Source of the DNA: Candidatus Skiveiella danica
Lineage (GTDB): Bacteria > Pseudomonadota > Gammaproteobacteria > Burkholderiales > Burkholderiaceae_C
Assembly: GCA_016721925.1 (NCBI GenBank)
Contig: JADKHE010000006.1
Location: forward strand, 120,356-184,355
Direction of reading: 5' to 3'
Length of the DNA stretch: 64,000 nt
The notes below the pieces were generated by a model that saw only the letters and a list, made by a program, of their open reading frames with translations, was not told the origin of the DNA and made no database searches. Positions within the stretch are counted from its first letter, which is position 1. Each line of letters opens with the position of its first letter. The position numbers were made by a program, and so were the translations under genes. Below, piece after piece: positions 45,868 to 55,578 of the stretch.

Positions 45868-46305
45868 ATGAAACGGTCATTGGCAGCTATCTTGTTTGTA
45901 GCGGTATCGGCATCCGCTTTCGCCCAGATGTCGCCCGCGGGCCTGTGGAAGACGATCGACGACGAGACCAAGAAGGAGAAATCGCTGGTCCGCATCAAGG
46001 AGGTCAATGGCGTTTTCAGCGGCACGGTCGACAGGTTTCTGGACCCGACGACCAAGCTCGACGATGTCTGCGAAAAATGCACCGACGAGCGCAAGGACAA
46101 GCCGGTGCTGGGCATGACCATCATCCGCAACATCAAGGCCAGCGCCGACGACAAGGGCATCTGGGACGGGGGCGACATCCTCGACCCGAACAACGGCAAG
46201 GTCTACAAGGCGCGGCTCAAGCCGGTGGACGGCGGCAAGAAACTGGAGATGCGCGGCTACATCGGGCCGTTCTACCGCACCCAGGTCTGGCTGCGCGTGG
46301 AGTAA
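45868..46305 (+). CDS. DUF2147-domain periplasmic protein
   Basis: 145-aa ORF with signal peptide MKRSLAAILFVAVSASAFAQ, then GLWKTIDDET...GMTIIRNIK...GGDILDPNNGKVYKARL...LEMRGYIG, the DUF2147 pattern. Confidence 0.8.
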   Translation: MKRSLAAILFVAVSASAFAQMSPAGLWKTIDDETKKEKSLVRIKEVNGVFSGTVDRFLDPTTKLDDVCEKCTDERKDKPVLGMTIIRNIKASADDKGIWDGGDILDPNNGKVYKARLKPVDGGKKLEMRGYIGPFYRTQVWLRVE

Positions 46306-46352
46306 GTGTGTAGGACCCCCGTCCGCCGGGCGGGGGAAACGGAGAAAAGTGA

Positions 46353-48752
46353 ATGTCGAGATTCCAAGTTCGCAAAGTCGCCGTGCTCGGCGCGGGCGTG
46401 ATGGGTGCGCAGATTGCTGCACACCTGGTCAACGTCAAGGTGCAGGTCGTGTTGTTCGATCTGCCTGCCAAGGAGGGGCCGAAGAACGGCATCGTCATGC
46501 GTGCCGTCGAGGGACTGAAGAAGCTCAAGCCGTCGCCGTTGGGCGTGGCCGACGACGCGGTGCTGATCGGCCAGGCCAACTATGAGGAGCACATAGAGCA
46601 GTTGCGCGACTGTGACCTCATCATCGAGGCCATTGCCGAGCGCATGGACTGGAAGCGCGACCTGTATCAGAAGATCGCGCCCTTCGTCGCGCCGCACGCC
46701 ATCGTGGCGTCGAACACCTCGGGCCTGTCGATCACGACGCTGAGCGAGGCGCTGCCCGAGGCGCTCAAGCCGCGCTTTTGCGGCATCCACTTTTTCAATC
46801 CGCCGCGCTACATGACGCTGGTGGAGCTGATCAACACGCCCACCACCGACCCGCAGATCCTGGACGATCTGGAAACCTTTGTGACCAGCGGCCTGGGCAA
46901 GGGCGTGGTGCGCGCCCACGACACCCCCAACTTCGTGGCCAACCGCGTCGGCATCGCCGGTATGCTGGCGACGATGAAGGAGGTCGAGAATTTTGGCCTG
47001 ACCTGGGATGTGGTCGACGACCTGACCGGCAAGAAGCTGGGTCGCGCCAGCTCGGGCACCTTCCGCACCGCGGACGTGGTGGGCCTGGATACGCTGACGC
47101 ATGTGATCAAGACCTTGCAGGACAACCTGACGCTGGAGACCGATCCGTTCTACGCCAGCTTCGGCACGCCCGCCGTGCTGAAGAAGCTGCTGGAGTTGGG
47201 CAACCTGGGCCAGAAGACCAAGGCCGGCTTCTACAAGAAGGTCGGCCGCGATGTGCTGCGCTTCGAGCTCGACAGCGGGGAGTACGTGCCGGGCGGCGCC
47301 AAGGCCGACGAGGTCTATGGCCGCATGCTCAAGAAGCCGGCCGCAGAGCGCCTGCGCCTGTTGCGCAACAGCGAAGGCCCGCAGGGCCAGTTTCTGTGGG
47401 CGATTCTGCGCAACGGCTTCCACTACGCAGCGGTGCACCTGGGCACCATTGCCGACAACGCGCGTGATGTGGACCAGGCCATGCGCTGGGGCTTCGGCAT
47501 GCAGCAGGGCCCGTTTGAGCTGTGGCAGGAGGCCGGCTGGTTGGACGTGGCGAAGATGGTGCAGGAAGACATCGACGCGGGCAAGGCGCTGTGCAACACG
47601 CCGCTGCCCGAGTGGGTGTTCAAGGGTCCGGTGGCCGAGGCGGGTGGCGTGCACACGGCCCAAGGCTCGTGGAGCGCGTCCAAAGGCGAATTCGTCGCGC
47701 GCCGCGCACTGCCCGTCTACGCGCGCCAGCCCTTCCCCGAGGCGCTGCGCGGCGAGACCCTGCCCGATTTCCGCACCGCCGGCACGACGCTGTTCGAGGA
47801 CGACGCGATCCGCCTGTGGACGATGGACGACGCAGTGGTCATCGCCAGCATCAAGACCAAGATGCACGCGATCAGCATGGAGGTGACGGCGGGCTTGGAG
47901 CGGGCGGTCGAGCTGGCCGAGAAGAGCTACCAGGGCGTGGTGATCTGGTCGGGCGACGAGCCTTTCAGCGCCGGCGCCGACCTGCAGGCCATGTTGCCTG
48001 GCTTCATGATGGGTGGTGCCGCTGCCATCGACGAGGCCGTGGCCGAGCTGCAGCGCGTCATGCGCCTGCTTCGCTACGCCAGTGTGCCAGTGGTGTCGGC
48101 CGTGCGCGGGCTGGCCCTGGGTGGCGGCTGCGAGATGGCGGTGTACTCCGCGCGCCGCGTGGTGCACATGGAAAGTTACGTCGGCCTGGTCGAAGTGGGC
48201 GTGGGCCTGGTGCCGGGCGCCGGCGGTCTGACCTACATCGCGCGGCGCGCCGCCGAGAACGCGGCCACGAGCACTGGCAAGGACCTGCTGCCCTTCCTGA
48301 CCGAAGGCTTCACAGCCGCCGCGATGGCCAAGGTCGGCACCAGCGCGCTGGAGTCGCGCAAGCTCGGCTACCTGCTGGACAGCGACGTCATCGTGCCGCA
48401 CAAGGACGAACTGCTGTTCGTGGCGATCAACGAGGCCAAGGCGATGTACCAGGGCGCCTACCGCGCCCCGCACAAACGCCTGTTCCCGGTGGCCGGACGC
48501 AGTGGCAAGGCGACCATCCTGGGTTCGCTGGTCAACATGCGCGACGGCGGCTTCATCAGCCAGCACGATTTCCACATCGCCAGCCTGATTGCGAACGTGG
48601 TCACCGGCGGTGACGTCGATGCGGGCACGCCGGTGAGCGAGGAGTACCTGATGACGCTGGAGCGCCGCGCGTTCTGCGCGCTGCTGGAGCACCCCAAGAC
48701 CCAGGAGCGCATCATGGGCATGTTGTCCACCGGCAAGCCGGTTCGTAACTGA
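46353..48752 (+). CDS. bifunctional 3-hydroxyacyl-CoA dehydrogenase / enoyl-CoA hydratase family protein (FadN-type domain order)
   Basis: 799-aa ORF with N-terminal NAD-binding VAVLGAGVMGAQIAAH and a C-terminal crotonase fold (FSAGADLQ ... GLALGGGCEMA). Confidence 0.9.
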   Translation: MSRFQVRKVAVLGAGVMGAQIAAHLVNVKVQVVLFDLPAKEGPKNGIVMRAVEGLKKLKPSPLGVADDAVLIGQANYEEHIEQLRDCDLIIEAIAERMDWKRDLYQKIAPFVAPHAIVASNTSGLSITTLSEALPEALKPRFCGIHFFNPPRYMTLVELINTPTTDPQILDDLETFVTSGLGKGVVRAHDTPNFVANRVGIAGMLATMKEVENFGLTWDVVDDLTGKKLGRASSGTFRTADVVGLDTLTHVIKTLQDNLTLETDPFYASFGTPAVLKKLLELGNLGQKTKAGFYKKVGRDVLRFELDSGEYVPGGAKADEVYGRMLKKPAAERLRLLRNSEGPQGQFLWAILRNGFHYAAVHLGTIADNARDVDQAMRWGFGMQQGPFELWQEAGWLDVAKMVQEDIDAGKALCNTPLPEWVFKGPVAEAGGVHTAQGSWSASKGEFVARRALPVYARQPFPEALRGETLPDFRTAGTTLFEDDAIRLWTMDDAVVIASIKTKMHAISMEVTAGLERAVELAEKSYQGVVIWSGDEPFSAGADLQAMLPGFMMGGAAAIDEAVAELQRVMRLLRYASVPVVSAVRGLALGGGCEMAVYSARRVVHMESYVGLVEVGVGLVPGAGGLTYIARRAAENAATSTGKDLLPFLTEGFTAAAMAKVGTSALESRKLGYLLDSDVIVPHKDELLFVAINEAKAMYQGAYRAPHKRLFPVAGRSGKATILGSLVNMRDGGFISQHDFHIASLIANVVTGGDVDAGTPVSEEYLMTLERRAFCALLEHPKTQERIMGMLSTGKPVRN

Positions 48753-48756
48753 TCCG

Positions 48757-49263
48757 GTGATGGACGCTCAGCCCAATCGCATGCAACGCCAGCTCGAACG
48801 GCTGTCCGAGGTGCCGGGTTTTCTGCGGCCCTGGGTCCGCAACCTGGTGTTGCGCCGCGCCGTTCCGTTCACCGGGACGGCCGGGCTGGACTTCGTCGAG
48901 ATGTCGCCGCAACGGGTCGAGGTGGCGATCGCCAACGAGCGCAGGGTGCAGAACCACCTGCAGGGTGTGCACGCCTCGGCCATGAACCTGCTGGCGGAGA
49001 CCGCCACCGGCATGGTCGTGGGCATGAACGTGCGCGACGACTGCGTGCCGCTGGCGAAGGAACTGAAGATGGCCTTTCGCAAACGCGCGACCGGCGCGTT
49101 GCGGGCGGTGGCGGTGCTGACGCCCGAGCAGCGCGCGACCCTGCAGGCCAGCGACAAGGGCGAGCTGAATGTGTCGGTGGTCGTGACCGACGAGGCCGGT
49201 GTGAACCCGGTGGAATGTGAATTTATCTGGGCCTGGATTCCGTCCGGCCCGCGCACGCGCTGA
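48757..49263 (+). CDS. hotdog-fold thioesterase-like protein (DUF4442/PaaI-like)
   Basis: 168-aa ORF with NHLQGVHASAMNLLAETATGMVVG...MAFRKRATGAL. It starts 5 nt after the fadN-type stop, at GTG 48757 or ATG 48760. Confidence 0.65.
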   Translation: MMDAQPNRMQRQLERLSEVPGFLRPWVRNLVLRRAVPFTGTAGLDFVEMSPQRVEVAIANERRVQNHLQGVHASAMNLLAETATGMVVGMNVRDDCVPLAKELKMAFRKRATGALRAVAVLTPEQRATLQASDKGELNVSVVVTDEAGVNPVECEFIWAWIPSGPRTR

Positions 49264-49288
49264 TCCATTGGCGCAAGAGGAAGAAACC

Positions 49289-50497
49289 ATGAGCAAACAG
49301 ATCCAGGAAGCCTACATCGTTGCCGCCACGCGCACGCCGATCGGGCGCTCGCACAAGGGCTATTTCCGCAACACCCGCCCCGACGACCTGCTCGCTGCCG
49401 TCTTGCGCTCGGCGCTGGCCCAGGCGCCAGGGCTCGACCCGAAAGCCATTGAAGACGTGATCTGCGGCTGCGCGATCCCCGAGGCGCAGCAGGGCCTGAA
49501 TGTGGCGCGTATCGGCGCCATCCTGGCCGGCCTGCCGAACACGGTGGGCGGGATCACGGTGAACCGCTTCTGCGCCTCCGGCCTGTCGGCGGTGCAGATG
49601 GCGGCGGACCGCATCCGCGTGGGCGAGGCCGAGGTGATGATCGCGGCCGGCGTGGAGAGCATGAGCATGGTGCCCATGATGGGCAATTCGCCCAGCCTGT
49701 CGCCGGCCATCTTCGCCAACACCGACGATGTGGAGAACTACGGCATCGCCTACGGCATGGGCCTGACCGCTGAAAAGGTGGCGCAGCAATGGAAAGTCTC
49801 CAGAGACGCGCAGGACGCATTTGCAGTGGAGTCACACCGCCGCGCCGTGGCCGGGATGAAGGCCGGGGAGTTCACCGCCGAGATCACGCCGATCGAGGTG
49901 ACCGAGCGCTCGGTCAACCTGGAGAGCGCCGAGGTCAGCACGGCCACCCGCACCGTCAATCTGGACGAGGGCGCTCGCCCCGACACCACCCTCGAAGGCC
50001 TGGCCAAGCTGCGCGCCGTGTTTGCCGCGCGCGGCTCGGTGACGGCCGGCAACAGTTCCCAGACGTCGGACGGCGCTGGCGCGCTGATCCTGGCCAGCGA
50101 GGCCGCCGTCAAACGCTTCGGCCTGAAGCCGCTGGCGCGGTTTGTCAGTTATGCATCGCGCGGCGTGCCGCCGCACATCATGGGCATCGGCCCGATCGCG
50201 GCGATTCCCGCAGCTCTGGGCTATGCCGGACTGAAGCAGGACGACATCGACTGGTTCGAACTCAACGAAGCGTTCGCCGCCCAGTCGCTCGCCGTGATGA
50301 ACACCCTGGGTCTGGACCCCGCCAAGGTCAACCCCATGGGCGGCGCGATTGCACTGGGGCACCCGCTCGGGGCCACCGGCGCTATCCGCTCCGCGACTGT
50401 GGTGCACGCCTTGCAGCGGCACAATAAACGCTACGGCATGGTCACGATGTGTGTGGGCATGGGGCAGGGCGCAGCCGGCATCTTCGAGCGCGTCTGA
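49289..50497 (+). CDS. acetyl-CoA C-acyltransferase (3-ketoacyl-CoA thiolase)
   Basis: The start is at MSKQIQEAYIVAATRTPIGRS after AAGAGGAAG. It has the active-site regions VNRFCASGLSAV, NEAFAAQ and GGAIALGHPLGATG...CVGMGQGAA. Confidence 0.95.
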   Translation: MSKQIQEAYIVAATRTPIGRSHKGYFRNTRPDDLLAAVLRSALAQAPGLDPKAIEDVICGCAIPEAQQGLNVARIGAILAGLPNTVGGITVNRFCASGLSAVQMAADRIRVGEAEVMIAAGVESMSMVPMMGNSPSLSPAIFANTDDVENYGIAYGMGLTAEKVAQQWKVSRDAQDAFAVESHRRAVAGMKAGEFTAEITPIEVTERSVNLESAEVSTATRTVNLDEGARPDTTLEGLAKLRAVFAARGSVTAGNSSQTSDGAGALILASEAAVKRFGLKPLARFVSYASRGVPPHIMGIGPIAAIPAALGYAGLKQDDIDWFELNEAFAAQSLAVMNTLGLDPAKVNPMGGAIALGHPLGATGAIRSATVVHALQRHNKRYGMVTMCVGMGQGAAGIFERV

Positions 50498-50540
50498 CGC
50501 ACCACCCGGCGCGGACCGTGCCGTCTGAAGGAGTCCAACT

Positions 50541-51410
50541 GTGAGCAAGACCGCGGTATCTGCCGCCCATCCCTTTGACGAGGCCATCGCCCTCGTTCCC
50601 ATGGCCGCGACGGTGCACGAGCATGGCCGCGAATCCACCCGTCACTGGCAGGGCCGCACCCACCCGGCCTATGCCAACATGGTGGGTCCGTTCGGCGGCG
50701 TCACGGCAGCGCAGGCGCTGCAATCGGTGATGCAGCACCCGGAGCGTCTGGGGGAGCCGATTTCGTTCACGGTGAATTTTGCGGCGGCGTTGTCCGACGG
50801 CGCGTTCCGGGTGGAATCGCGTCCGGTGCGCACCAACCGCTCCACCCAGCACTGGGTGGTCAGTATTTCACAGACAGACCCTGCAGGGGTCGAGTCGGTG
50901 GTGCTCACTGCCACGGCCGTGACGGCCGCGCGCCGCACCACCTGGAGCGCGGCCGATGCGGTCATGCCGGCGGTGCCAGCGCCAGGCAGCATTGCGGGTT
51001 CGAGCCGGCCGGCCCGCGTGGCCTGGTTCCAGCGGTATGACATGCGGCCTTGTTCCGGGGATTTCCCGGCCGACTGGAATGGCGCCGAGGCCGACAGTGT
51101 GACCCGGCTGTGGATGCGCGACGACCCGCCCCGGCCGCTGGATTTCTGCAGCCTGACCGCGCTGGCCGACGTCTTCTTTCCGCGCGTCTGGCGCCGCCGT
51201 GCGCTGATGACGCCGGTGGGCACCGTGTCGATGACGGTCTACTTCCACGCCGGCGCCGCCGAACTGGCCGCCACGGGCGAGGGCTACCTGCTGGGGCAGG
51301 CGCGCGCGCAATCGTTCTTCAACGGCTTTTTCGACCAGAGCGCCGAGCTGTGGAACGAGGCCGGGGATTTGTTGGCCACCACGCACCAGATCGTCTATTT
51401 CAAGGAGTGA
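50541..51410 (+). CDS. acyl-CoA thioesterase (TesB-like double hotdog)
   Basis: 289-aa ORF with a GTG start, containing ANMVGPFGGVTAAQALQSVM...FTVNF...RTNRSTQHWVVSI and a second hotdog half. Confidence 0.7.
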   Translation: MSKTAVSAAHPFDEAIALVPMAATVHEHGRESTRHWQGRTHPAYANMVGPFGGVTAAQALQSVMQHPERLGEPISFTVNFAAALSDGAFRVESRPVRTNRSTQHWVVSISQTDPAGVESVVLTATAVTAARRTTWSAADAVMPAVPAPGSIAGSSRPARVAWFQRYDMRPCSGDFPADWNGAEADSVTRLWMRDDPPRPLDFCSLTALADVFFPRVWRRRALMTPVGTVSMTVYFHAGAAELAATGEGYLLGQARAQSFFNGFFDQSAELWNEAGDLLATTHQIVYFKE

Positions 51411-51412
51411 AC

Positions 51413-52147
51413 ATGCCGCCAGTTGCATTGATCGTCGGTGCAGGAGACGCAACCGGAGGCGCCATCGCCCGGCGCTTCGCCCGTGAGGGCTATACCGCCT
51501 GTGTGACGCGCCGCGAGGCGGAGAAGCTCGCGACCCTGGTGGCACAGATCGAGGCGGCAGGCGGTCGGGCGGTCCCGTTTGGCAGCGATGCCCGCAAGGA
51601 AGAGGCAGTGGTCGCGCTGGTCGAGCAGATCGAATCGACGATCGGCCCGATCGAAGTCCTGGTGTTCAACATCGGCGCCAACGTGCCCTGCAGCATGCTG
51701 GACGAGACGGCGCGCAAGTATTTCAAGATCTGGGAAATGGCCTGCTTCGGGGGGTTTCTCAATGGCCGGGAAGTGGCGCGGCGCATGGTGACCCGCGCGG
51801 ACCCGCAGCGCCGCCAGACCATCATCTTCACGGGCGCGACGGCGTCGGTGCGTGGGGCCTCGGGATTTGCGGCCTTTGCCGGTGCCAAACATGCGCTGCG
51901 CGCGCTGGCACAAAGCATGGCCCGCGAGCTCGGGCCGCGCGGCATCCACGTGGCACACAGCATCATCGATGGCGCGATCGACACGGCCTTCATCCGGGAC
52001 AATTTTCCGGAGCGCTATGCGCTGAAGGACCAGGACGGCATCCTCAACCCCGACCACATTGCCGACGCCTACTGGATGCTGCACCAGCAGCCCCGCGACG
52101 CCTGGACCCATGAGCTGGACCTGCGCCCCTACACGGAAAAGTTCTGA
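51413..52147 (+). CDS. SDR-family oxidoreductase
   Basis: The start is at MPPVALIVGAGDATGGAIARRFAREGY (Rossmann TGxxxGxG-like). The catalytic YxxxK-like segment is FAGAKHALRAL. The upstream part of the ORF-track entry is rejected. Confidence 0.85.
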   Translation: MPPVALIVGAGDATGGAIARRFAREGYTACVTRREAEKLATLVAQIEAAGGRAVPFGSDARKEEAVVALVEQIESTIGPIEVLVFNIGANVPCSMLDETARKYFKIWEMACFGGFLNGREVARRMVTRADPQRRQTIIFTGATASVRGASGFAAFAGAKHALRALAQSMARELGPRGIHVAHSIIDGAIDTAFIRDNFPERYALKDQDGILNPDHIADAYWMLHQQPRDAWTHELDLRPYTEKF

Positions 52148-52190
52148 GCGCACCCGCGCCACGCCGCCGAGAATTTCCCAGGAGACACCC

Positions 52191-52778
52191 ATGAAAACGT
52201 TCGAGTTCTGGTTCGACTTTGGCAGCCCTGCTGCCTACCTGGCGTCGACGCAGATCGCCGGCATCGAGTCCGCCACAGGGGCGCGCGCCGTCTGGCGGCC
52301 GATGCTGCTGGGGGGCGTTTTTCAGGCCACCGGCAACCATTCGCCCGCCACCATCCCGGCCAAAGGTCGCTATACCTTCGTCGACTTCGATCGTTTCGCG
52401 CGGCGCTACGGCGTGCCCTTGCGGTACAACCCGCATTTCCCGATCAACACCCTGTTGCTGATGCGCGGCGCGGTCGGCATGCAGCTGCGTGATCCGGGCC
52501 GTTTCCCGGACTATTGCGCGGCGATGTTCCGGTCCATCTGGGTGGACGCGCTCGACATGAACGATCCGGCGGTCGTGGGCCGTGCGCTGCACCAGGCTGG
52601 ATTTGATGCACAGGCCCTGCTGGCGTTGTCGCAGGAGCCCGACGTCAAGGCGGCATTGAAGGCGGCCACCGATGAGGCGGTGGCACGCGGTGTCTTCGGC
52701 GCCCCCACATTTTTTGCTGGCGACCAGATGTTCTGGGGCCAGGACCGGATCGAATTTCTCAAGGAAGCCCTGCAATGA
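52191..52778 (+). CDS. 2-hydroxychromene-2-carboxylate isomerase family (DsbA-like) protein
   Basis: The start is at MKTFEFWFDFGSPAAYLA after GGAGA. The C-terminus VFGAPTFFAGDQMFWGQDRIEFL is typical of the family. Confidence 0.85.
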   Translation: MKTFEFWFDFGSPAAYLASTQIAGIESATGARAVWRPMLLGGVFQATGNHSPATIPAKGRYTFVDFDRFARRYGVPLRYNPHFPINTLLLMRGAVGMQLRDPGRFPDYCAAMFRSIWVDALDMNDPAVVGRALHQAGFDAQALLALSQEPDVKAALKAATDEAVARGVFGAPTFFAGDQMFWGQDRIEFLKEALQ

Positions 52779-53551
52779 GCCAGAACCCGAGCGACATCCT
52801 CACCCACTGCGAATCTGGTGTGATGACCATCACGCTGAATCGCGTGGACAAGAAGAATTCCATCACGGCGGCGATGTATGGCGCGATGGCCGACGCGCTG
52901 GTGCAGGCGGAGGCCGACCCGGCGATCCGGGCGGTGGTGCTTCAGGGGCATGAGACGGTCTTCAGCGCCGGCAACGACATCGGCGATTTCCTGAACCAGC
53001 CGCCGGCCACGGCCGAATCGCCGGTGTACCGTTTTCTGCACGGCATCGCCGGCTTTTCCAAGCCGCTGATCGCCGCCGTCTGTGGGCCCGCTGTGGGCGT
53101 GGGCACCACGATGCTGTTCCATTGCGACCTGGTCTATGCCGGTGACAACGCGGCCTTCTCGATGCCCTTCGTCAACCTGGGCCTGTGCCCCGAGGCCGCA
53201 TCGAGTCTGCTGGTGCCGCAGATGTTCGGCTACCACCGGGCCGCCGAGGCCTTGCTGCTGGGCGAGCCCTTCTTCGCCGAGGCGGCGCTCGAGGTCGGCC
53301 TGGTCAACCGCATCGTGCCACCGACCGAAGTGAATGGCGTCGCGCAGGGCGCCGCGCGCAAGCTGGCCCTCAAACCGCTGTCTTCGCTGATCGAGACCAA
53401 GCGCCTCATGAAGCAAGGTCAGGCGCCCCAGGTGGCGGCGCGGATGGCCGAAGAGGGCGCCAGTTTCGGGCGGATGCTGCGTGAGCCTGCCGCGCGCGAA
53501 GCCTTTGGTGCTTTCATGGAAAAGCGCAAACCCGACTTCAGCCGGTTCTGA
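52775..53551 (+). CDS. enoyl-CoA hydratase/isomerase
   Basis: 258-aa ORF with LNRVDKKNSIT, FSAGNDIGDF and CGPAVGVGTTMLFHCDLVYA. It is ATGA-coupled to the upstream gene. Confidence 0.9.
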   Translation: MSQNPSDILTHCESGVMTITLNRVDKKNSITAAMYGAMADALVQAEADPAIRAVVLQGHETVFSAGNDIGDFLNQPPATAESPVYRFLHGIAGFSKPLIAAVCGPAVGVGTTMLFHCDLVYAGDNAAFSMPFVNLGLCPEAASSLLVPQMFGYHRAAEALLLGEPFFAEAALEVGLVNRIVPPTEVNGVAQGAARKLALKPLSSLIETKRLMKQGQAPQVAARMAEEGASFGRMLREPAAREAFGAFMEKRKPDFSRF

Positions 53552-53603
53552 TCGGCGGTCCGCGGGGTGTCGGCGCTTGTTGGTGGCGCCGCTTCATTTT
53601 TAC

Positions 53604-53617
53604 CAAGCACGTGCTTG
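53604..53617. promoter_or_regulatory. perfect 14-bp palindrome CAAGCACGTGCTTG, candidate TetR operator
   Basis: The palindrome lies 35 bp upstream of the TetR ATG at 53652, in the only intergenic gap of this part of the cluster. Confidence 0.4.
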
Positions 53618-53651
53618 CCAAAAATAGGCGGGACTGCTATGGTTCCACCCC

Positions 53652-54332
53652 ATGCAACTGTACCCGGCGCCTGACGACGCGCTTGTCCCACCTCCCGATC
53701 GAGCCGTCCAGACGAAGCGTCCGCGCGGTCGTCCACCCAAGACAGTCGATGAGCGCGACGACGGCAACCGCCGCCAGGAGCTGATCCGCGCCGCGGCCCG
53801 GCTGTTTCACCGCAAGGGCTTTCATGCCACCAGCACGCGCGACATCGCCACGGCGGTGGGCATGCGCAGCGGCTCGCCTTTTTATCACTTCCGAAGCAAG
53901 GGTGAACTGCTGTACGCGGTGATGGATGAGGGCATGCGCTCGGCGATCGACCGGCAGAGGCGGGCCCTGGACATTGCAAAACAGACAAGTTCGCATCCAC
54001 GCGCGATCCTGGCTGCCCTGATCCGGAACCAGTTCGACGTGCTGCTGGGGCCGGGCAGTGACTTCATTCCAGTGATGCTGTACGAGTCGCGCGCGCTGAA
54101 CGCCCGTCAGCGCGCCAGCCTGCTGCAACTGCAGAGCGACTACGAGTCGGCCTGGACGCCGGTGCTTGAGGAGCTGCACGCCAGCGGTCGCTTGCGCACC
54201 GAGGTCAAGCTGGCGCGGCTGCTGATCTTTGGCGCCCTCAACTGGGCGGTGCAATGGTATGACCCGCGCAAGAGCGCGTCACTCGACGACCTGACCGCCG
54301 CCGCCTTGACCCTTTTCATTCACGAGGACTGA
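53652..54332 (+). CDS. TetR/AcrR-family transcriptional regulator
   Basis: 226-aa ORF with the HTH AARLFHRKGFHATSTRDIATAVGMRSGSPFYHFRSKGELL. Confidence 0.85.
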   Translation: MQLYPAPDDALVPPPDRAVQTKRPRGRPPKTVDERDDGNRRQELIRAAARLFHRKGFHATSTRDIATAVGMRSGSPFYHFRSKGELLYAVMDEGMRSAIDRQRRALDIAKQTSSHPRAILAALIRNQFDVLLGPGSDFIPVMLYESRALNARQRASLLQLQSDYESAWTPVLEELHASGRLRTEVKLARLLIFGALNWAVQWYDPRKSASLDDLTAAALTLFIHED

Positions 54333-54372
54333 AGCGCCGCTTGCGCGCAACCTTCACCGACCGGAGACATCC

Positions 54373-55554
54373 ATGCAATTCACACACGAACACCTCGAGA
54401 TCCAGAAGACCCTCAAGCGCTTCATCGACGCCGAGATCAACCCCCACGTCGATGAATGGGAAGCCGCCGAAATCTTTCCGGCCCATGAGGTGTTCAAGAA
54501 GCTTGGCAACCTGGGTTTGCTGGGCCTCACCAAGCCGGAGGCGTTCGGCGGCGCAGGCCTCGACTATTCCTATGCCATGGCGATGGCCGAGGCGCTGGGC
54601 CACATCGAATGTGGCGGCGTGCCGATGGCCATCGGTGTGCAGACCGACATGTGCACCCCGGCGCTGGCGCGCTTTGGCAGCGACGAGTTGCGTCGGGAGT
54701 TTCTGGTGCCGGCCATTGCTGGCGACATGGTGGGCTGCATCGGCGTGAGCGAGCCCGCGGCGGGCAGCGACGTGGCAGGCATCAAGAGTGTGGCCCGCAA
54801 GGACGGTGACGACTATGTGATCACCGGCCAGAAGATGTGGATCACCAACAGCCTGCAGGCCGACTGGATGTGCATGCTGGTCAACACGGGCGACGGGCCC
54901 ATCCACAAGAACAAGAGCCTGGTCATGGTGCCGATGCGTGACGGCCCGAACGGCAAGCTGACCAGGGGCATCGAGGTGGCCCAGAAGATCCGCAAGATCG
55001 GCATGAACAGCAGCGACACCGGCCTGATCTATTTCGACGAGGTCCGGGTGCCGCAGCGTTACCGCATCGGCGCCGAAGGGCAGGGCTTCATCTACCAGAT
55101 GCAGCAGTTCCAGGAAGAGCGCCTGTGGGCGGCGGCCAGCTGCCTGCAATCGCTCACCAACTGCATCCAGTGGACCATCGAGTGGGCCCAGGAGCGCAAG
55201 CTGTTCGGCGCCACCCTGGCGGACCAGCAGTGGGTCCAGTTCAAGCTGGCCGAACTCAAGACCGAGGTGGAAAGCCTGCGCGCACTCACCTACCGGGCGG
55301 GAGAGCTGTATGTGCAGGGCCAGGACGTGCTGGAACTGGCCAGCATGGCCAAGCTCAAGGCCGGGCGGCTGAACCGCATCGTGCCGGACACCTGCCTGCA
55401 GTTCTGGGGCGGCATGGGCTTTACCTGGGAAAACAAGGTCTCGCGGATGTACCGCGACGGCCGCCTGGGCTCGATCGGCGGCGGCGCTGACGAGGTGATG
55501 CTGGGGATTCTGGCGCGCATCATGGGCGTGGCCAAGCGGCCGGCGGCGGCCTGA
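54373..55554 (+). CDS. acyl-CoA dehydrogenase (medium/short-chain type)
   Basis: 393-aa ORF with GCIGVSEPAAGSDVAGI, ITGQKMWITNS and QFWGGMGFTWENKVSRMYRDGRLGSIGGGADEVM. Confidence 0.9.
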   Translation: MQFTHEHLEIQKTLKRFIDAEINPHVDEWEAAEIFPAHEVFKKLGNLGLLGLTKPEAFGGAGLDYSYAMAMAEALGHIECGGVPMAIGVQTDMCTPALARFGSDELRREFLVPAIAGDMVGCIGVSEPAAGSDVAGIKSVARKDGDDYVITGQKMWITNSLQADWMCMLVNTGDGPIHKNKSLVMVPMRDGPNGKLTRGIEVAQKIRKIGMNSSDTGLIYFDEVRVPQRYRIGAEGQGFIYQMQQFQEERLWAAASCLQSLTNCIQWTIEWAQERKLFGATLADQQWVQFKLAELKTEVESLRALTYRAGELYVQGQDVLELASMAKLKAGRLNRIVPDTCLQFWGGMGFTWENKVSRMYRDGRLGSIGGGADEVMLGILARIMGVAKRPAAA

Positions 55555-55578
55555 GTGTGCTGAAGCACAATCGAGCCC

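Noticed and set aside
44012-48692. Long antisense ORFs (44012..45619, 535 aa; 46272..48692, 806 aa) opposite the acyl-CoA dehydrogenase and FadN-type genes
   Set aside because: The sense-strand products carry textbook motifs. The antisense translations are low-complexity (Arg/Ala/Gly/His/Leu), as is typical of stop-poor frames in high-G+C DNA.
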